Shown here in pieces: positions 47,587 to 57,865 of a stretch of 64,000 bases of DNA. The notes beneath the pieces are model-generated. The model searched no databases and was not told the DNA's origin. It was given only the letters and a program-made list of their open reading frames with translations. The position numbers were made by a program, and so were the translations under genes. Position 1 is the stretch's first letter. The number at the start of each line of letters is the position of its first letter. Source of the DNA: Promethearchaeia archaeon (GTDB lineage Archaea > Asgardarchaeota > Lokiarchaeia > Sigyniarchaeales > SOKP01); NCBI GenBank assembly GCA_029856155.1, contig JAHQWL010000052.1:96001-160000 (forward strand), written 5' to 3'.

Positions 47587-49191
47587 TTAATGACGGAATA
47601 CTCTTTTGCCACAAAATACTAAGGAACAGCCTAATTCATCTGCACGTTTAATTATAGCTTTATCTCTAATGGATCCACCAGGATTAATTATAGCTTTTGC
47701 CCCAGCTTCGACTGTAACCTCTAAACCATCAGGGAAGGGGAAAAAGGAATCTGTTCCCATAAAAGAATTTTTTAATTCATCTTTATGGCCAAATTCTATC
47801 GCTTTTTGAATAGCTAATTTAACTACATGAACTCTACTTTGTTGACCAGCTCCAATTCCTATGGAATAAATTCCATTATCATAGATTTGAGCAAAACATG
47901 CCGAATTCGATTTTGCCCATTTAGAAACTTTATACGCAAAGATTAGAGCCTCCTTTTCAATATCATTCACTTTTTTCTTGCTTACAACATTCCATTCTTT
48001 AATAACAGGTTTACTATCATACTCTTGAACAAGAATTCCCCCTAGAACACTCCTAATTTCAAGATTTTTATAGAGTTCATTTCTTTTATCAAGGAAATCT
48101 TGATATTCAATTATTATCATATTTTTTTTTTGTTTTAATATCTGTAGAGCATCATTTTCATATGAAGGTGCCAGTAATACTTCCACAAATATCTTTTCTT
48201 TATTTACAATAAAATCTGCTATATCTTTTGTTAATTCTTTATTAACTCCCCAGATCCCTCCAAATGCGGACATTGGATCTGTGCTGAATGCTTTTTTTAC
48301 GGAGGATAGTTGATCTTTTTTATCAATTGCTACACCATTAGGACTTGTATGTTTTAAAATTGCCGTTGTGTAATGTTCCGTCCCAAAATCCAAAAGAATT
48401 TGCATACAGGAATCGATATCTAGATAATTGTTAAAAGAGATTTCCTTTCCACTAATTTGTTTTAAGTTATGAAGACCATATTTTGCAAAAGAATCTTTAT
48501 AATATGCTGCTATCTGATCCCAATTTTCTCCATACCTACAATCTTGTACCTTTTCATATACTTTTATAATTGTTTTGGGTAATAAAGCTTCTGGATTGTA
48601 ATATTTTTGGAGATAATTTGCAATAGCAGCATTATAATCTGCCATAATTGAAAATACCTCTTGAGCGAGGAGAATTCGAGTTTTTTCAGTGATAGCTCCT
48701 TTATTTTTTCTAAGCTCTTCAATAATTTCTTGATAATAATCAGGGCTTGGAACCACGATAACATCTGGAAAATTTTTTGCTGCAGCGCGGATCATCGTCG
48801 GTCCTCCGATATCAATCATTTCCAATGCATCATCAAGAGCAATGCCTGGTTTTTCAATTGCTTCTTTAAATTGATATAAATTGCACACTACCATGTCAAT
48901 TGGTTTAATATCATATTTATTAGCGTCATCAATATCTTTCTGCAAACCTCTACGATATAAAATACCACCTTCGATTTTTGGATGTAAAGTTTTAATTCTG
49001 CCATCAAACATTTCTGGTGAATCTGTAAACTCTGAAATTTTTGTATATTTAATCCCATTTTTCTCTAAGAGGATTCCAGTGCCTCCAGTAGATAGAATTT
49101 CAACCTTAAATTCGTCTAGTAATACTTTAACAAACTCGATAATCCCCTTCTTTTCATAAACACTAATAATTACTCTTTTTATTGTTTTCAT
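47587..49191 (-). CDS. purH: Bifunctional AICAR transformylase/IMP cyclohydrolase
   Basis: ISVYEK, STGGT, GRIKTLHP, IDIGGPTMIRAAAKN, RYGEN, KSNS, GQQSRV, FFPFPDG, PGGSIRD, FRH. Confidence 0.96.
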   Translation of the reverse strand: MKTIKRVIISVYEKKGIIEFVKVLLDEFKVEILSTGGTGILLEKNGIKYTKISEFTDSPEMFDGRIKTLHPKIEGGILYRRGLQKDIDDANKYDIKPIDMVVCNLYQFKEAIEKPGIALDDALEMIDIGGPTMIRAAAKNFPDVIVVPSPDYYQEIIEELRKNKGAITEKTRILLAQEVFSIMADYNAAIANYLQKYYNPEALLPKTIIKVYEKVQDCRYGENWDQIAAYYKDSFAKYGLHNLKQISGKEISFNNYLDIDSCMQILLDFGTEHYTTAILKHTSPNGVAIDKKDQLSSVKKAFSTDPMSAFGGIWGVNKELTKDIADFIVNKEKIFVEVLLAPSYENDALQILKQKKNMIIIEYQDFLDKRNELYKNLEIRSVLGGILVQEYDSKPVIKEWNVVSKKKVNDIEKEALIFAYKVSKWAKSNSACFAQIYDNGIYSIGIGAGQQSRVHVVKLAIQKAIEFGHKDELKNSFMGTDSFFPFPDGLEVTVEAGAKAIINPGGSIRDKAIIKRADELGCSLVFCGKRVFRH

Positions 49192-49364
49192 AAAAATCTA
49201 ATTTGATTTAATTTACATATATAAAAAAATGATTCTAACAAAGAAAAGTTTTTGGATGTTAATACTTAATTAATAGAGCTTTAATAAGTGAAATTAGGGC
49301 TAAGAATGTAAAATTTAAAAAGATGTACTATTTTTAAATATCGACACAAATGTATAAAGATTAT

Positions 49365-50834
49365 TTAAAATTTACCAATAAGATCGTGTGGTGATGTTTC
49401 ACGCTGCCCAACAATTGAGACAATTCCAAGTGATGCTTTTTTCATCTCTTTAATAGATCCCGCACCAGCATAAATCATTCCATTAGTTAAACCTTCTTTT
49501 AGAGTTGCTAAAACTCCAGTTACATCCCCCACATAAGGTACGTAATCACTAACACCTTCAGTTAGCATTTTTGAGCCTTCTATATAACGATCTGCGATAT
49601 ACCCTGACACTCTCGCATCTTTACTTCCCATTCCACGATAAATCTTTACTTTTCTTCCAGCAATAGTATCTATAAAACCAGGAGATTCATCAGTACCAGC
49701 AAAAAAATGCCCCGACATTATTATATCTGCACCAGAAGAAAATGCCTTTGGTAAATCACCTGGTTTAGTGAAACCCCCATCAGCAATTAAGGACATTTCT
49801 TGATTATAATCTTGTATAGCATCAGCTACTTGCGCAGTAGCATATAAGGTTGGAGCTCCTACACCGGTCTGTATTGAAGTTGTGCAAATTGAACCAGAAC
49901 CCATCCCCACCTTTAATCCAATAAAACGTTCCTCAACAAAATCGCATTTTGAGATTAAATATTCAGCAGCTTGGTAAGTCCCAATATTTCCTAAAACAAA
50001 ATCAGATTCCAAAAGTCTCATTAATTTCATTGTACCATCGATATCATCTTTTTTATAAAAATCAGCTACATCTATAAAGAAAATATCTACATATTTATCA
50101 ATCTCTTTCAAAGAAGCTTGAGCTTGAGACGATTCTGGAAATCTAGGGGACAAAGCCATGGCACATAATAAATGTCCTTCATCATCTTTGGAAGCAAATG
50201 GAAATTCAGGGGCTAAATCTTTCTTTGTAATTAATCCTTTTAAAAGTCCGTCGTCACCTATAATTGGTAATTTTTCTTTACGTGATTCGTATAAAATTTT
50301 CAGTGCTTCTTCTCTTGAAGCTCCGGGTTTGATAGAAATTACATCTTTGGTCATATAATCTTTAATTGTCCCATTTTGAAGGTCTTTTTCAAAGAAAGGA
50401 ATATCACGCTTAGTGAAAATACCACATACTTTCTTTGCTTCATCAACCACTACAATTCCACTTATATTATAATTTTCCATCATAAATTTTGCTTTCGAGA
50501 CTTTAGAATTAGGACTAATTGTTGCTACATCGTCAATTACAAAAGACCTAGCTCGCTTAACAATTCTTACCATTTCTAATTGCCTTTCATAAGAACAATT
50601 GCGATGTAGAACTCCAAGACCACCTCTTAAAGCCATGTTAATTGCCATATTTTCTTCTGTGACTGTATCCATAGCAGATGATAATATAGGAAGTTTCAAA
50701 TGATATTTTCCTAAGTTTGTAGATATATCAACTTCATTTGGTGAGAAATTCGTGAATCCCGGTAGTATTAATACATCGTCGAAAGTAGCTATAAGATTGT
50801 TTGAATGTATTTTTTTACGATAATAATTCGACAT
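49365..50834 (-). CDS. guaB: IMP dehydrogenase with CBS pair
   Basis: TFDDVLILPG, SSAMDTVTE, GMGSGSICTT, IADGG, YRGMGS, EGVS. Confidence 0.94.
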   Translation of the reverse strand: MSNYYRKKIHSNNLIATFDDVLILPGFTNFSPNEVDISTNLGKYHLKLPILSSAMDTVTEENMAINMALRGGLGVLHRNCSYERQLEMVRIVKRARSFVIDDVATISPNSKVSKAKFMMENYNISGIVVVDEAKKVCGIFTKRDIPFFEKDLQNGTIKDYMTKDVISIKPGASREEALKILYESRKEKLPIIGDDGLLKGLITKKDLAPEFPFASKDDEGHLLCAMALSPRFPESSQAQASLKEIDKYVDIFFIDVADFYKKDDIDGTMKLMRLLESDFVLGNIGTYQAAEYLISKCDFVEERFIGLKVGMGSGSICTTSIQTGVGAPTLYATAQVADAIQDYNQEMSLIADGGFTKPGDLPKAFSSGADIIMSGHFFAGTDESPGFIDTIAGRKVKIYRGMGSKDARVSGYIADRYIEGSKMLTEGVSDYVPYVGDVTGVLATLKEGLTNGMIYAGAGSIKEMKKASLGIVSIVGQRETSPHDLIGKF

Positions 50835-51013
50835 TTTGATCAGCCTCGTTGAAGATTTTACTATATTCTTATTATAACGTAAAAATTTAAATTATAATAT
50901 TAAAAATATTCGTATTCTGACAAACTTATAAATTTTTGCTATTGAGGATTTAATTAGTATTTCTATTTTATTTATGAGTAAAAAACAATAAAAAAAAAGA
51001 AAAAAATAGAAAT

Positions 51014-51829
51014 TTAGACGGGAATATCCCGTTTGTTGAAGATTATTATTGAAACTAGTGCTAATATAATAGTATAAGATGAGAGAAACACTATTTTTAT
51101 AGGCAGTGCATCCCAATTACTATTTACAAGGAGATTTGACATGTCAGAATAGTAAAAAATACTGATATATTTAATACTTTCCATGCTCTCGCCAAAACTC
51201 TGCCAGAATTGGCCAACTGCATAGAAAAAGATAATTAAACCTAAACTTAAAACAAGAGATTTCTTAGTATCCATGAATGTCGAGAAGAAAAATCCAGTGG
51301 TAACAATTCCTAAATTCAATAAGATCATTACAAGAAAAGCTGTCAAAAATTCTGCCCATGGAACTTCATTGGGAACAATATTTGGCATAATAAAAATACC
51401 CAGAATTACTGCCAACATTACTCCGAACAGGACTATCACGGCACCAATAATATGATATAAATATTTCCCAAGCGAAAATTCCCATCGTTTAATAGGTTTA
51501 GACAATATTAGATCGATTGTTTTATTATCAATCTCTCTTGGAATGTCTTGGGAAGCCTTTAGTATAAAATAAATTCCAAAAAAGAATAAAGACATCGAAA
51601 AAAGATATATATTCAATAGACCTCCAATTGTGCTTAAAGAATAAAATTCACCTATCATTTGCCTTATTGCTTCAGGATAAGATTCTAATAAAGCTTCGAA
51701 GTCTGCAAAAAATACAGGATCAAAAATTGAAACAAACCACATGTAAAATAGTCCCATTAATGCTGTATAGAGGATAATACCTTTCTTACTTGACGTAATT
51801 TCTTTCTGCATAATTTTAACCGCTTTCAT
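51014..51829 (-). CDS. ABC-2-type exporter permease
   Basis: Six TM segments; REIDNKTIDLILSKPIKR; C-terminal FNKRDI. Confidence 0.88.
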   Translation of the reverse strand: MKAVKIMQKEITSSKKGIILYTALMGLFYMWFVSIFDPVFFADFEALLESYPEAIRQMIGEFYSLSTIGGLLNIYLFSMSLFFFGIYFILKASQDIPREIDNKTIDLILSKPIKRWEFSLGKYLYHIIGAVIVLFGVMLAVILGIFIMPNIVPNEVPWAEFLTAFLVMILLNLGIVTTGFFFSTFMDTKKSLVLSLGLIIFFYAVGQFWQSFGESMESIKYISIFYYSDMSNLLVNSNWDALPIKIVFLSSYTIILALVSIIIFNKRDIPV

Positions 51830-52782
51830 GCAGCTTCACCTCCTTCTGTAGTATTATCTTTGTAATATTGCATAAAAATATTCTCTAAAGTGGAATGTGT
51901 AATTGAAATATCTCTTATAGGGGCTCCATCCCAGTCTTTCTCACTAATTTCACGTAAAATTTTTCGAGTCTGTTCTGGAGGGACTAGAAATTGAAGCTCG
52001 ACATTGTAGGATTGTTTCACAATAGCTTCTGGAACCTCAGATGCTAAAAAGTTCGTAAATACTTCTAAACCTTTCGGTGTTTCAAAGATTAATTCAATAT
52101 TTTTCAAATTCTTTGCTTTAAGATCTCTAACATCTGAAATTTCCGCAATTTTTCCTTTTTTAATAATTGCCACTCTATCACAGAATTTTTCTATTTCTGG
52201 AAGAACATGAGAGCATACAAAGACAGTACAATTTGATTCTTTCTGACGTTCAGATACAATTCGATAAAATTCACTCTGATTTAATGGGTCAAGTCCAGAA
52301 GTTGGCTCATCCATAATTAATAAATCGAACTTACCCATTAAAGCTACTAAAACTCCTGTTTTTTGTTTATTTCCTTTACTTAGAATGCCCATCTTTCGCT
52401 CCATTTCGATCTTAAGGCGGTCAGCGACCTCATCTACAAATCTCCAATCAATTTCGATTTTGTAAAGCTTTGCAAAATACCTAATTAATTGAGTAGCACT
52501 CATCTCCTTGTAAATTCCAAGCTCCCCAGGTAAATAACCAATTCGATTTCGTATTTCTACATCCTTTTTGGGATTAATTTTCTGTCCAAGAATAGTTATA
52601 TCACCTGCATCAACATTTAAAAACCCAAGTAAACACCGAATGGTCGTAGTTTTTCCTGCCCCATTTGGTCCAAGAAAACCAAATCGAGAACCTTCTGGAA
52701 CTTCAAAAGAAATACCATCAACTGCTTTGACTTTTCCCTTGTTATAATATTTTTTTAGATTTTTTACTTCGATCGCGTTCAT
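51826..52782 (-). CDS. ABC exporter ATP-binding subunit
   Basis: GPNGAGKTT, LSKGNKQK, DEPTSGLDP, SH; start moved to the ATG at 52782 (MNAIEVKNL). Confidence 0.93.
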   Translation of the reverse strand: MNAIEVKNLKKYYNKGKVKAVDGISFEVPEGSRFGFLGPNGAGKTTTIRCLLGFLNVDAGDITILGQKINPKKDVEIRNRIGYLPGELGIYKEMSATQLIRYFAKLYKIEIDWRFVDEVADRLKIEMERKMGILSKGNKQKTGVLVALMGKFDLLIMDEPTSGLDPLNQSEFYRIVSERQKESNCTVFVCSHVLPEIEKFCDRVAIIKKGKIAEISDVRDLKAKNLKNIELIFETPKGLEVFTNFLASEVPEAIVKQSYNVELQFLVPPEQTRKILREISEKDWDGAPIRDISITHSTLENIFMQYYKDNTTEGGEAA

Positions 52783-52866
52783 ATTTATCAACTTATAGAG
52801 TTTTTTATTTTTCATGAATAATAAAAAACCTAATAGAATAATATGAATCTGAATATATAAATGTTC

Positions 52867-52888
52867 TTCATTTTTCATGAAAGATGAA
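52867..52888. promoter_or_regulatory. Overlapping TTCA-N7-TGAA operator pair
   Basis: TTCATTTTTCATGAAAGATGAA in the divergent promoter; sites begin at 52867 and 52874. Confidence 0.65.
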
Positions 52889-52928
52889 AAATTATAAATA
52901 GTTGTTTACACATTAATAATATTAAGTA

Positions 52929-53453
52929 ATGATAGATAAGGAACTTTTGCCTAGAAATCATATATTCAAGGGAAAGATAAAAGAATTTGAGCAAATATTA
53001 ATTAAATTTGTATTAGATTCTGGAAGAGCAAAAAGTGTTGACCCTAATCTTCAATTAATTCTTGGATATATTGGATTACACAAAAAGTTGACTCAGAAAC
53101 AGTTAAAAGATTTAACAAAACTTTCTAGGGGTACGATTTCAAAAAAATTGAGGGATATATTGTCATTACGTATCATAAGAAAAGAAAGAATTCCAAAATC
53201 AAATGAATATTTGTATATAAATGCTCCTGAAGTCTACGGAGATACCGCTGATGCGACCCTAGAAGAATTCATAGAAATTAATGAATTTCTTAAAAAAAAA
53301 ATTATTGAGATTGAGGAAAATAAGGAAAAAAAAGGAGCGAAGTTTCTTTCCGAACGAATAAAAAGCTTAACAGAGACTTTTGAAACTGTTAAGAATATCT
53401 GGTCAGATATAGAATTTATATTTAAACAAAAAAATAAAGAAACTTTACAATGA
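52929..53453 (+). CDS. GbsR/MarR-like wHTH regulator (first half of a split pair)
   Basis: LTQKQLKDLTKLSRGTISKKL. Confidence 0.8.
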   Translation: MIDKELLPRNHIFKGKIKEFEQILIKFVLDSGRAKSVDPNLQLILGYIGLHKKLTQKQLKDLTKLSRGTISKKLRDILSLRIIRKERIPKSNEYLYINAPEVYGDTADATLEEFIEINEFLKKKIIEIEENKEKKGAKFLSERIKSLTETFETVKNIWSDIEFIFKQKNKETLQ

Positions 53454-53980
53454 ATATACAAGAAAGATTTGATCCTGAAATTAAAAAGATTGAGAATGAG
53501 ATAATTAAAAAATTATTAAATTATACTGTTTTTTCTGTTCGGGGTGAAATAACTTCAAAAATACTTTTCTATTTTATAACTCGAAAAGATTTAACTCAAT
53601 CTGAACTCCAAAACTTAACAGGTTTTTCTACAGGAAAAATTTCTCAAGAACTTAATAATTTTCTGGAGTTTGATTTAATAAAAATTTCTAAAAAATCAAA
53701 ACCGTGGATTTATTCAATGGAATCAGTAGTAGCAGAAACTTTTAGTAGAGCAATTAACCTTCTAAAATCAAATATCAAATGGGAGGCAAAATTCTTTGAA
53801 ATGAAGAAGGATTTGGAAGATAACAGAGAAAATCTTCAAAATTTAAATGGATATACTGAAGTAAAAGACTTTATTGAGGTAAATCTCATGAGATTTAAAG
53901 GATTTAAGGTTGTTATTAAACTTTGGGAAGAACTTAAAAATAAATATGAAAAAGAGGATAAAAAATTAAATCTAATTTAA
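53450..53980 (+). CDS. GbsR/MarR-like wHTH regulator (second half of a split pair)
   Basis: LTQSELQNLTGFSTGKISQEL; ATGA overlap with the previous gene. Confidence 0.8.
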   Translation: MNIQERFDPEIKKIENEIIKKLLNYTVFSVRGEITSKILFYFITRKDLTQSELQNLTGFSTGKISQELNNFLEFDLIKISKKSKPWIYSMESVVAETFSRAINLLKSNIKWEAKFFEMKKDLEDNRENLQNLNGYTEVKDFIEVNLMRFKGFKVVIKLWEELKNKYEKEDKKLNLI

Positions 53981-54046
53981 GCTTATAATGACTTATTTTC
54001 TCCTCACTTTAAAAAAAAAGATAAAAAAAATTGGGTGAATGAAGAA

Positions 54047-55471
54047 TTAATTATTAGATATTGCTTTCATTAAGATTTGATTTGCCCTTTCTTTGATTTT
54101 CAGAATTTTTTCGGATGAGATTGATTCTTCCATGTGATTTAAAGTTATGCTTGCAGTTTCCCCATGTGTGACTACACCTAAGACTAACTCGGTGTAGGGA
54201 GAACACGAAGGCATCAAAATCAGATTCTTTAAGATTAAATCTCCATATTTTTCTGGAAACCCCGTTTTACCAAGATTAGTCATAATTTGGGCCATTGCGA
54301 ATCCCTTCGAAAGTTTTTTCTTGACCATTTTATTTACTATATTCTTTTTGTCCGAGATAAATGCTTGAATTTTATCATAGCTTTTTGAAGTTGGCGGTAT
54401 GAGGGGACCAAAAGCAGCAAAAATTTGAGCTTCCAATAACGTTGGGTTTAATGCAAAGGCATTTAGAGTGCCTACTAATGTTTTTTTTGTAAGTTCATTT
54501 GGTCCTACTTTTAAGTGAACTTTTTTAGCTATCTCCCAGAAATTATTTTTATCAGAATATTTGAATTTTAGTTCTATTCCACCTGCGAAAAAACCAAATT
54601 GTTCACCTGCAGGATTCTTGAGAAGATCTCTTAAATTCACAGCAAATGAAATATTCTGTAAATATTTTGGAGATTCAGAATTTAATTGATTTTGAGCTGT
54701 AGCAAAGGCAATCATTAATGCTGTGTTCACGGTTACCCCATTTTTACGACAAGCCATGATCAATGCATCTGTTTGTCCTTTGGAAAGTTCGTATAAGTGT
54801 GCTTTATAGGTATAATTCTTCCAAAAAACATCGTGTAGAGCATAGAAATCATCATAGTTAAAAAGCAATTCATTTTTTTCCCATTTCTTATTGATTGTCT
54901 TGCCAAAGATTCGCATTACTAAACTAGGTTTAATATCAGAAGGTATATTATCTTCGTTAACCAATGGAGCGGGGGACAGTAATTCAATCTTTTTCGTCGG
55001 ATCTGCTAAATATGTCATTATATCTCTTGCTAAGTATGCCAAGGACATACCATCACAGATCGTGTGTTGACAAAAGATAATTAAATCTGAAATTTCAGTT
55101 GAATGTAATAATAAGAACCTAATTAAGGGACCTTGCTCCATATCAAAGGGTATTTTATGTTGTTGAATTATTTCATCCCTCCATTGGTCATCGGAAATAC
55201 GCTTAATTGTTTTTAAGGGAATTTCCAAACTACCATTTGCTAAAAGATATAGTGCTTTACCATCGTGTTGTAAGTATGCATTGAGTATAGGATGCCGTTG
55301 TTGCATTTTTTTTATGACCTTTTTCATTTCATCAATGGAAACATTTCCTAAAATGGTTGCTATCATAGATATGTTTGAATTTGGTACTTTTGAGTGTATT
55401 CGTTCTCTTTGATTCAATTTTCTTTTAAAATATTGATTATTTAATTCTATTTGTTCTAAAATTTTCAACAC
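54047..55471 (-). CDS. Condensation-domain/alcohol acyltransferase (PapA5/Atf-like)
   Basis: RHPIL, PFDMEQGPLIR, HxxxDG (HTICDG), VNLR, TNLG. Confidence 0.85.
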   Translation of the reverse strand: MLKILEQIELNNQYFKRKLNQRERIHSKVPNSNISMIATILGNVSIDEMKKVIKKMQQRHPILNAYLQHDGKALYLLANGSLEIPLKTIKRISDDQWRDEIIQQHKIPFDMEQGPLIRFLLLHSTEISDLIIFCQHTICDGMSLAYLARDIMTYLADPTKKIELLSPAPLVNEDNIPSDIKPSLVMRIFGKTINKKWEKNELLFNYDDFYALHDVFWKNYTYKAHLYELSKGQTDALIMACRKNGVTVNTALMIAFATAQNQLNSESPKYLQNISFAVNLRDLLKNPAGEQFGFFAGGIELKFKYSDKNNFWEIAKKVHLKVGPNELTKKTLVGTLNAFALNPTLLEAQIFAAFGPLIPPTSKSYDKIQAFISDKKNIVNKMVKKKLSKGFAMAQIMTNLGKTGFPEKYGDLILKNLILMPSCSPYTELVLGVVTHGETASITLNHMEESISSEKILKIKERANQILMKAISNN

Positions 55472-55584
55472 CTTTAAATCTTCAAATCATGTGAATTTTC
55501 ATATTTATTGAAGGTTTCAATAATTGATAGAAAAATAACATATTTAAATGTTTTCAATCTTTATGAAGTTTCATAAAACTTAAA
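55464..55584. promoter_or_regulatory. Array of TTCA-N7-T(G/A)AA operators at 17-bp spacing
   Basis: Sites start at 55464, 55481, 55498 and at 55553, 55570. Confidence 0.7.
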
Positions 55585-55613
55585 TATTCAAATGATCTTA
55601 ATATGTTTAAGCA

Positions 55614-56720
55614 ATGTCTAAAAAATACGAGGATTTTATATATCCCGAAGAAGTTAGGAAATATGAAAAAGATTTACTTGATTTTATAGTAGAATCTGGT
55701 AAAAATAAAAGAAGATCTGATATAGAATCCCACATTTTGGGATATTTCCTGCTACATTCAAGTCTTACACAAAAAGAGATTCAGATATTATCAACAAAAT
55801 TTCGATCAAGGCGTATATCAAGCGGTTCAATATCAACTTTTTTAAACCAATATACTTCATATGAACCAAGGATAATTCTTAAACAGAAGGTACTTAAAAG
55901 TAAAAATAAGTTCAGATATCATATTGTTTCAGAGAATTATAAAGAATTATTTGCTGTAAGTAAAGAGGCGGGAGTAAATGTTTTATATGAAACAATTGGA
56001 AAAATAAAAGAAATAATAAGAGCTTTAGAAAAATTAAACCCTAATGAAAAGGAAATTAAGCTTTATAATATGATATTAGAAAGAACAAGAGAACTGCAAA
56101 GTTATCTTAAATATCACTTATCCTTATTTGATAATTTTATGGAAAGTGTGATAGGACAAAAGTATCCTATAAAAAAAGATATAAAAATCCAAAAAGCGGA
56201 TCCAAAAGTTAAAGCTGTTAAGAATCGAAATTTAAAAGCGATTGAACAAGAGCTAATTAATTTAATTTTAAATAATGAGCTTTTTATTATTGAAGAGATA
56301 AAATATCATCCAATTATAGCATACTTAATAACTCGTAAAAGTTTAACTCAATTAGAGTTAAATAAATTGACTGAACTATCAGCTGGTCTAATTTCTGAAG
56401 GACTAAATTATTTAAAAGAGCAAGGTTTTATTGAAATTGAAAAATTACCGGGGTTACGTCAAAAAAGCTATGTTTTAGAATCCATTGGTTATTTTAATTT
56501 TCTCAAATTTTATCAAAGATTTAAAAATATAGCAAACAATAGGTATAGATTGGCTCAAATTTTAGATGAATTAAAAAATAGAAAGGATGAATTAGGAGAA
56601 ATAAATGGTTATAATGTGATTAAAACCCGAGCGGAAGAGTTCTTAGAGCAATTCAAAGTAATAGATTTTGGAATTAAAATCTTTCAGAAGGCTTTAGAAG
56701 ATTTCAAAAAAGTTAATTAA
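55614..56720 (+). CDS. Tandem double GbsR-like wHTH regulator
   Basis: Two LTQ..L....S.G.IS HTH units in one chain. Confidence 0.8.
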   Translation: MSKKYEDFIYPEEVRKYEKDLLDFIVESGKNKRRSDIESHILGYFLLHSSLTQKEIQILSTKFRSRRISSGSISTFLNQYTSYEPRIILKQKVLKSKNKFRYHIVSENYKELFAVSKEAGVNVLYETIGKIKEIIRALEKLNPNEKEIKLYNMILERTRELQSYLKYHLSLFDNFMESVIGQKYPIKKDIKIQKADPKVKAVKNRNLKAIEQELINLILNNELFIIEEIKYHPIIAYLITRKSLTQLELNKLTELSAGLISEGLNYLKEQGFIEIEKLPGLRQKSYVLESIGYFNFLKFYQRFKNIANNRYRLAQILDELKNRKDELGEINGYNVIKTRAEEFLEQFKVIDFGIKIFQKALEDFKKVN

Positions 56721-56771
56721 TAAAAAGAACGAAAAAAAAATTATTAGTACTTAATCATAACATTGTAAGCT

Positions 56772-56966
56772 TTATTGTTGAGATTTGTTATTTCTATTTC
56801 CATAACAGACTGCATATTTGATAACTCCTGTTTGAGAATTAAAAATCCATTCAGTTTCACAATTAGTACAGATAAATTTACTACCCAATTTAGAAGTTAA
56901 ATTTTGTTTACATATAGGACAGGATTTTCTTTTTAAAAATAAATTAATTCTTAAGCAAAATATCAT
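56772..56966 (-). CDS. Small zinc-ribbon protein
   Basis: CPIC...CTNC. Confidence 0.55.
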   Translation of the reverse strand: MIFCLRINLFLKRKSCPICKQNLTSKLGSKFICTNCETEWIFNSQTGVIKYAVCYGNRNNKSQQ

Positions 56967-57043
56967 TTTCAGTCAACACTTCAAAATTTTTTTTTAATGG
57001 AATCCTCGTTTCTCAACTTTAAAAAAAATAAAAAAAAAAGATT

Positions 57044-57865
57044 TTATATTAGAATGTCTCTCTTATTGAAGATCAAAAGACTTGCTATAACTAAAGCAGC
57101 ATTAATCGAACCTAATACGATAATATCACGTGCAAAAAGCCCAACATCTCCATGAACCATATAATCTGTTGGATTGAAATAGTAAAAAACTGAAAAATAT
57201 CTTATTCCTTGTATAGCCTCGTCCATATATACATAGAACTCCCCAAGGAAGAACATTAAAAACAACACAAATATGCCCATTGCCATTGATTTTCTACCAT
57301 TAAGGAAAATCGTAGAAAATAACTTGGCAAACATTGCCAATGCTCCAAGATAGAGTATAACTATTATGTATGTTAACCATAGACGATCAAAGAAAAGACC
57401 TTCATTCCGGAATACTGAAGAAGAAGCCATCCCACCCATAGTGATGAGAAAAAACATGCCCAAGGCAGCTGCAATGAATAAATAAAGGAAAGTTATTTTG
57501 CTGCCTAAAAAATTAAATCGTGTTACTGGTTTGGAAAGGGAAAGATCAATTGTTTTTTCCTCAACTTCTCGAGTTAATAAATTGCTTGCCATATAAACAA
57601 TATAAATACCAGCATAGAGCCACATGAAGGAGAGAAGTTCTAAGGTCCAAAAACCATAAGGATTGGTAAATGCTTCCACATCCCCGAAAAATTCGATCAT
57701 CCCTTCTGGCCACAATGAGATGATATCCTCTATGGCTGAAAGATCCATACCTTCTATCATATACACAATAAAATAACTTAGTAATCCAATTACTCCCCCT
57801 AAGATTAGAAGAATATATTTTTTATCTAATAGGGATTCTTTTAGTGAAATAAAAAATCGATTCAT
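57044..57865 (-). CDS. ABC-2-type exporter permease (paralog)
   Basis: REVEEKTIDLSLSKPVTR; FNKRDI. Confidence 0.88.
   Translation of the reverse strand: MNRFFISLKESLLDKKYILLILGGVIGLLSYFIVYMIEGMDLSAIEDIISLWPEGMIEFFGDVEAFTNPYGFWTLELLSFMWLYAGIYIVYMASNLLTREVEEKTIDLSLSKPVTRFNFLGSKITFLYLFIAAALGMFFLITMGGMASSSVFRNEGLFFDRLWLTYIIVILYLGALAMFAKLFSTIFLNGRKSMAMGIFVLFLMFFLGEFYVYMDEAIQGIRYFSVFYYFNPTDYMVHGDVGLFARDIIVLGSINAALVIASLLIFNKRDILI

Noticed and set aside
50892-51116. 74-aa minus-strand ORF
   Set aside because: Overlaps the permease and runs through an AT-rich promoter/terminator region; no motif
52783-52878. N-terminal extension of the ABC ATPase in the ORF track
   Set aside because: Covers the divergent promoter and operators; the family N-terminus starts at MNAIEV
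55464-55584. Periodic repeats as a mini-CRISPR
   Set aside because: The 17-bp period with 4-bp half-sites is far too short, and there are no cas genes; an operator array fits better
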